64,000 nucleotides of DNA from Piromyces finnis finn (Eukaryota; Fungi; Neocallimastigomycota), in assembly GCA_002104945.1 (NCBI GenBank), contig MCFH01000022.1, positions 310,001 to 374,000 on the forward strand, in the 5' to 3' direction. Positions within the stretch are counted from its first letter, which is position 1. Every line of letters begins with the position of its first letter. This document shows, piece after piece, positions 54,401 through 64,000 of the stretch. The notes below the pieces were generated by a model. The model did not search any database, was not told where the DNA came from, and saw only the letters and a list, made by a program, of their open reading frames with translations. Made by a program: the position numbers and the translations under genes.

Positions 54401-55565
54401 AGTAACTTTCTTTTTCAGTTGGACCCCATTGCTTACCACCTGGCATATTAACATCTAAACCATTAGTAATTTCATACTTATCCTTAGTACCCCACCAGTC
54501 ACTAGTGACAAAACCGTGGAATTTAAATTGCTTCTTTAAAACTTGGTTTAAAAGATAAGTGTTGTTAGCAGATGGAATACCATTAAGATCATTATAAGCT
54601 GACATAAAAGCACCAGCACCAGAAACAACAGCAGCCTTAAATGGTGGGAAGTAAACTTCTTGTAAAACACGTTCATCAATAATAGAGTTAGAAGATTCAC
54701 GCTTGTATTCTTGTTCATTACCAGCAAAGTGCTTAGCAGTAGCAAAAACACCTTGACTTTGAATACCAGCAACAACATTCTTTGAAGCAACAGTAGCGAG
54801 GAAAGTATCTTCACCATAACCTTCCCAGTTTCTACCAGCAGCTGGAGAACGGTACATGTTCTATTTCACAATATTTTAAAAAATACATTACAATTTAAAA
54901 TTTTTAATTATTTGTTATTAATTAATAAAATAAATTTAATGATTATATTATTAAATTTTACAAAAAAAAATTCCTACCATAGCTGGACCTAAAATAACGT
55001 TAACACCCTTAGCTCTGCATTCTTCACCAAGAGCAACACCCTATTAAATATTAAAATATAATTAATTTAATAATATTTTAAAAAAATTACTTTTTAAAAT
55101 ACATTTTACTAACAAGTTTCTTCATAAGATTTTGATCAAAAGTAGAAGCAATATTTAAACCAGATGGGAAAGTGGTTGAATGTTTAGCAGAACGAACACC
55201 AGCTGGACCATCTTGTAAACATAAACCTTTGAAACCTAATCTTTCAATTGGAGGAATGTAACCAACACATGGACCAAAACTATTTTCAGAACCTTTTATT
55301 TCATATAATAACAAAAAACAATTATTTTTAATATTCTTCTATTTTAACAAATTTTTTAATTTTAATATACGGAAAGTATGGGAAGAAGTAAAAAAATTTT
55401 AATCATACCAGTAACCATGTTAATCTTTTCATCTAAAGTCATTTCTTCAACAAAAGCTTTAGCTAAATCTTCTGATTCAGACCATAAACGGGTTTTAATT
55501 TCAAAAGCATTAACCATAGGTGCTACAAAAGCACATACGGCTATTAATTTTTGATATAATCTCAT
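51405..55565 (-). CDS. Secreted cellulosomal GH3 - dockerin - GH6 - dockerin - dockerin fusion, copy B (4 exons; last exon ~51405-54860)
   Basis: Same architecture, intron positions and catalytic motifs as copy A. Signal peptide MRLYQKLIAVCAFVAPMVNA. Differs from copy A only in the GH3 part. Confidence 0.93.
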
Positions 55566-55669
55566 ATTTTTATTTTATTGAATACTATTAAATTATTATT
55601 TTTTGTTTTTATTTTAATTAAATGCTTCTTTTTTTTTTATTTATTTTTTCTTAAAATTTATTATCCAAA

Positions 55670-55753
55670 TAATCCTGTTATTTATTTATATTTTTTTTAT
55701 CTTGAGTAAAATAAGTATAACTTCCAGAGTTATCCTATTAAAAAATTATTTTT
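55670..55753 (-). promoter_or_regulatory. Upstream block conserved between the two GH3-GH6 genes (copy B), containing palindrome ATAACT-N5-AGTTAT
   Basis: ATAACTTCCAGAGTTAT at 55717-55733, ~150 bp upstream of ATG 55565, inside a 46-bp block nearly identical to 49848-49893. Confidence 0.55.
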
Positions 55754-58076
55754 TTAATAAAATTTTTTTTATAAAAAAAAACTTATTTTATTCAATAAAA
55801 ATCAAATAGTAAATTTTAAGAATTTATTATAAAAATAAAATAATAATAAATATCTTATTTTTAAAAATTGAAATTTTAAGGGAAATTAGACCTTTTATAT
55901 TCAATAAAAAATTTTTTAATATAAAATATTAGTTAGTATAATAATAAATTAGGTTTTGTGAAACTTTTGATATATTCATGCTCAAATATATAAAAATATA
56001 AAATAGTGTTAAAATATAAATCTTTAATATTATTATTAATAAAAACGGTGTAATTAATAATTCTATAAATTAAAAATTTATATTATCAAAAAAAAGGATT
56101 CATTTTTTAAACCATTTGTTAACTATGGAGGTTTTAAACTTTAATTATTATATAAACTTTTATATCAAAAAAAAAGAAAAATTACCCAATAAAATATAAA
56201 AAATAAATGAATAGTTTAATTTATAATTTAATATAATGAGTAATATTTTACAGTCATTATGAATAACAATACTTTATTGGTAAAAATCTTGTTTTATTAA
56301 ATAAAAACAATACGAAAAAATAATACTTTAAAATAATAAAATTCTTCCCTTTTTCTATTAATATAGCTTTTTTTAATTTTTTAATTTACTAATACAATAT
56401 AACTTTATCTAATATACTTCTTTGCATACTCTATATTTATAAGTGTAAAATATATTAATAATATATTGAAATTAATTTTTATATATTTTATCTATAAATT
56501 TAAATTAATTTAAAATAAACAAATATATATCATTAGTAATACAAAAACAAACTTTATTTTATATAAAAAAAGGTAATACCTATGAATATATTAAGCTTGT
56601 AATATATTATTAATTTATATATATATTTATATTATAATTTTCAACCCAAGGATCTCAATAAAATATCTCATCATGATAACAATATTTCTTATAAATATAT
56701 TATAATCTAATGAAAAGGATAAACATAATAAAATTTTATTTTATAATAAACATCATTATAGGTAAAAAAAAAAAAACATTTAAAAAAGTATATTTAAATA
56801 TATTATATAATTAGTACTAAAAATTATACAAAATAAAAAAAAAGAAAAATAAATGATTAAGTAATATAGAAATATCTAAAATAACTTTTTTGTATATATT
56901 TCATTTTAATATATTATTGTTTTGTTTTAATATTATTATTGAATGTATACAAAATTATAATTATTACATATATAGTTTAATATATATTAATATATGAAGG
57001 AAAGAAATTGAAAGAAAATTTATACAACTAGCATAGATGGTTTTATTGAAAAAGAAACTTTTCCAGTACATATATCAATTATATCAATTATTGAAATAAA
57101 ATGGAAAATTCTGATTTATTGGTTACCACAAAAGTAGCTTTATACAATTATAACAGCCTATCTAAAATTATTAAAAAATGATAGGTAATAAAATGAATCA
57201 TAAATTAAAAAAATGTTTTCAATAGAAATTTAGGGATTTATTAAGAATTATAATTGTTGTTTTTTTCTAATAATATTCTTATGGAATAAATTCTCCACAT
57301 TCAAATCATTAATTTTTTTTAAAAAAAAAAATATAAATTATAAATATTGATTAATAATGATTTCTTTATAATATGTTTTTATTATGCCTATATTGTTTTG
57401 TAATGAAAGTAAAATTTACAATAATAATAAAATTAAATAAATAAAACTTAATCTTTTATTATAAATATTTCATCTGATTCTAAAAATGATTTATTTAAAT
57501 ATATTGTTCCTTTAATTGTTTTCCTATAGTTTCAATAATAAAATTAATTGTTTAAAGTTGATAGTAGATATAATGTTTCTTTTTTTATATAAATAAATAT
57601 AATATCTTTCCTATTATTTTAAATAATATATTTTATGATTTTTATAGCATTAAGCAATATAAAAATCTAAAAGCATGGAGTTATATAAATGATCATTAAT
57701 ATAAAAAAGATTATATGAAAATACATAATATTATTATTCAGGGATATTAATCTAAAAATAGTAAGATAAAATTAAAATTTAAATAATAATAAAGGATTAA
57801 TTTTTATTAAATTTTCCACTCTGAATTATTTTTAAAATTTAAAAAAAGTTTTTTATGCTTCACTAACAATAATAAATAATTCAATTGTATATTAAAGAAT
57901 AAATAGTAATATAACATTCTTTTTAAAATCATTACTTCTACTACGTTTTAAATAAATAATAAATCTCAATTATAATGCTGTTCTTGTAGCTTTAAAACTT
58001 TATACAAATAAGAATAAATTACTATGTGTATAATAACTATTTAAAAGAAAAATATAGATGATATCATTAAATATAT

Positions 58077-58623
58077 GTCGTTCCAGTTTTTATCCTGGTT
58101 GTTAAGGCGTTTCCTTAGCATATATAAGGCTTCTGGTTCGACCCCGCAGATGTCAGTGTCTGTGGATTTTCCCACTGGGTTTGCCATGGGTTGGGTTATG
58201 ATATTCAGGTAAGTATAAATGAACTTTCTAATTTACTACTATGATAATAACACTCGTCTAGCCGGCCTGAGAGGGTCTAGTGTACATGGTACATTCCAAA
58301 TTAGAACTTAATAAGTGGTGACTTAGGCTATGCCAAAAATACATAATATTCCTTAATCAATTTAAGTGTAAACATTAGGGGGCGGTTGACACGTGATCAA
58401 ATTGACTATAAGAGGCTTAGCATTGTAGTTGTGAAATATCGTACAACGACATGCATCTAATGTACATGGATTAAGTGAGCGTCGAAGCTGAAGAAACAGT
58501 ATGACAGACCAGGAGGGTCACAACCACCTAGCAATAGGAATGAGCCAACGTTTCTCTAAGAACCACCATTGGAGCTAACTCTGATCGATGGGAGAAATGC
58601 ACTCGGAAGTTAAAAAAAAAAAA
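58077..58623 (+). mobile_element. SINE-like non-autonomous retroelement (547 bp) with poly(A) tail and 14-bp target-site duplication
   Basis: ATCATTAAATATAT directly flanks both ends (58063-58076 and 58624-58637). A12 tail at 58612-58623. Abrupt GC increase relative to the flanks and no long ORF. B-box-like GGTTCGACCCC at 58135-58145 is preceded by a CCTTA-7nt-TAAGG hairpin. Confidence 0.8.
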
Positions 58624-60479
58624 ATCATTAAATATATTAAAATTTTTCCATTTATTAAATTAAATTACATAATTGTTTATGTAACCCAAACATTTTCTAT
58701 CTTCTATTGTTTAAACCTTTTTTTTAATTTTTTGGTTTGTCTAACTTAATAAAAGATTTTAATTTATTTGCATATTTTTTTATTATATTATCTTAAATTT
58801 TAATGATTATTATATATAATGATATTTAATTGAACAACAAATTCCATTATGGTTTTCTTAAAATGAAAAAAAAAATAATAAATAAAATAATTATTATATT
58901 ATTTATTAAGATTATTTTATATACAAAAATTTAAATTAAAATATAATATATTTGAATAATATTAACAATATAATAATAAATTGATTATTTAATAGAATAA
59001 AATTTGTATAAAAATACAACATAACTTGGTAAACATGATAATTATGATAAATAATGAAACCAATAGGAAAATATTTAATTCAAATAAAGGAGAAATTAAA
59101 AAGACAATTGGGGAAAAAATGAATATGAGTAAGAAAGATAAATTAAATAGATATTTATCTTAAAACAAGCATATAACAAACAAACTCAAATGACCAAAAA
59201 TAATAGAATAAAGAATAATAATATAATTATTAATAATAATAACAATAATAATAACTTAAAAACATATTTTGAATTGTAATGTTAAAATTATATCAAAGTA
59301 GTGTTAATTTTTTAATTTTACTCTTTTATATCTCTTAAATTAAAATATATAATATGTTTTCTTTTTAATAATAATAATAATAATTTGGAGATTTAAATAT
59401 ATTAAAATGTTAAAATGAGATTTTAATATAAAAAAAAAATAATATTTCATTATATTCTATATTATTATTTACATTTTAATTCAAAAAAGTTATTAAAATA
59501 GAAACACACATAATAATATTTTTGAATTCCCATTTTATATATTGTATTATTAATTACTTTCAAATAATCAAAAACTCAATAGTTTCAAATAATGAATGTT
59601 TATTTATTAATAACATAATTAAACCTTGTATACACCAAATTTTAATTCTAAAAAAAAAAATAAAGAGAAAAAATAATATAATGTTTTACTTTATTTTTAA
59701 TAATTTTTTTTTTCTTTTTTTTTCCCTTTTCTTTCTAAAAATTTATTTTTATATTTTTTTATTGTGTACTATAAAAAATAAGCTTTGAATTAACATTCTT
59801 ATATTATTAGTAGTCATAATATTGATTAAAAAATTAGCATTCTTGTATTATTAAACATGTAGTAATCATATCATTGTATTATATGACTCACATAAAACAG
59901 AAGAATGGAAACAAAAAATAACCCGTCTTTCTTTTTTCTTTTTTGTTTTAAGAATGCATTAATAATAATAACTTTGAAAGATAAATTCAAAAAAAGAAAA
60001 ATTAAAAAAAAATCAATTATTATAACTATCATTATTCTATTTGTAATATAATATATTTAATAGCAAAATAAATAGAATAGAAAAAAAAATTAAATTAAAA
60101 ATGGATTTATGATAATATAAAATATAAAATGCTTATTATTGTCTGATGTTACTGTTGTTACTGTTGTTTATTTGAAAAATTAAAATAATGATAATTAAAA
60201 ATAAATACATGTGGGTAAAAATAAAAAAAAAAAAAAGGAAAAAAGATAAAATAAAAATAAAAAGAGCTTAATATTGAATATTATTGATTTAAAGTAACTA
60301 TATTTTAAGAGGTTGTGAATGTTATTTGTTTTTATTATGAAAATAGTATTAATAATAATAGAATAGTAATAATTGTGAAATTATTAGTATATATGTATAA
60401 TGTATATTAAAATAAATATTATTAATAATATATATTAAATTTAAAAAATAAAACTATATATATATATTTTTTTTTGTAT

Positions 60480-64000
<3,521 letters not shown>

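Noticed and set aside
45504-54817. Many short alternative-frame and antisense ORFs overlapping the GH3-GH6 genes
   Set aside because: By-products of biased codon usage in the main frame; no recognisable motifs.
56990-57180. Possible decayed coding fragment, and a 42-codon ORF at ~59035-59163
   Set aside because: No motif or consistent exon structure; cannot be distinguished from chance.
58077-58160. Functional tRNA gene
   Set aside because: No acceptor stem, non-canonical anticodon loop (GCATATA), imperfect T stem and no clear A box; at most tRNA-derived.
58075-58212. 45-codon ORF at the start of the SINE-like element
   Set aside because: Its ATG is formed partly by the TSD, and this length is unremarkable at the element's GC content.

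Overview
Eukaryotic, extremely AT-rich, intron-containing genomic DNA. Fungal non-catalytic dockerin domains on glycoside hydrolases point to an anaerobic gut fungus (Neocallimastigomycota); this is an inference. About 15 protein genes are supported: a Pho80/PCL-type cyclin with a very long tail, an intronless bacterial-type NfsA/Frp nitroreductase, a Sec2-like Rab GEF, a 4-RRM Gbp2/Hrb1-like protein, a UBE2O-like E2, UTP23, NAC-beta (EGD1/BTF3), TMEM42-like, LRRC57-like, an FSH1/OVCA2 serine hydrolase, a possible BORCS7-like protein, DHX37/DHR1, two tandem copies of a secreted GH3-dockerin-GH6-dockerin-dockerin enzyme, and a 5'-truncated GTF3C2/TFC6-like WD40 gene. Highlights: (1) the tandem beta-glucosidase/cellobiohydrolase fusion pair, with an apparently identical 3' 2 kb, patchy divergence in GH3 and a shared palindromic upstream element; (2) a 547-bp GC-richer, non-coding, poly(A)-tailed insertion flanked by a 14-bp target-site duplication, i.e. 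a SINE-like retroelement; (3) the probable horizontally acquired nitroreductase with repeated upstream motifs and a long hairpin. Exon boundaries were read by eye from GT/AG sites and frame continuity. No database searches were run.
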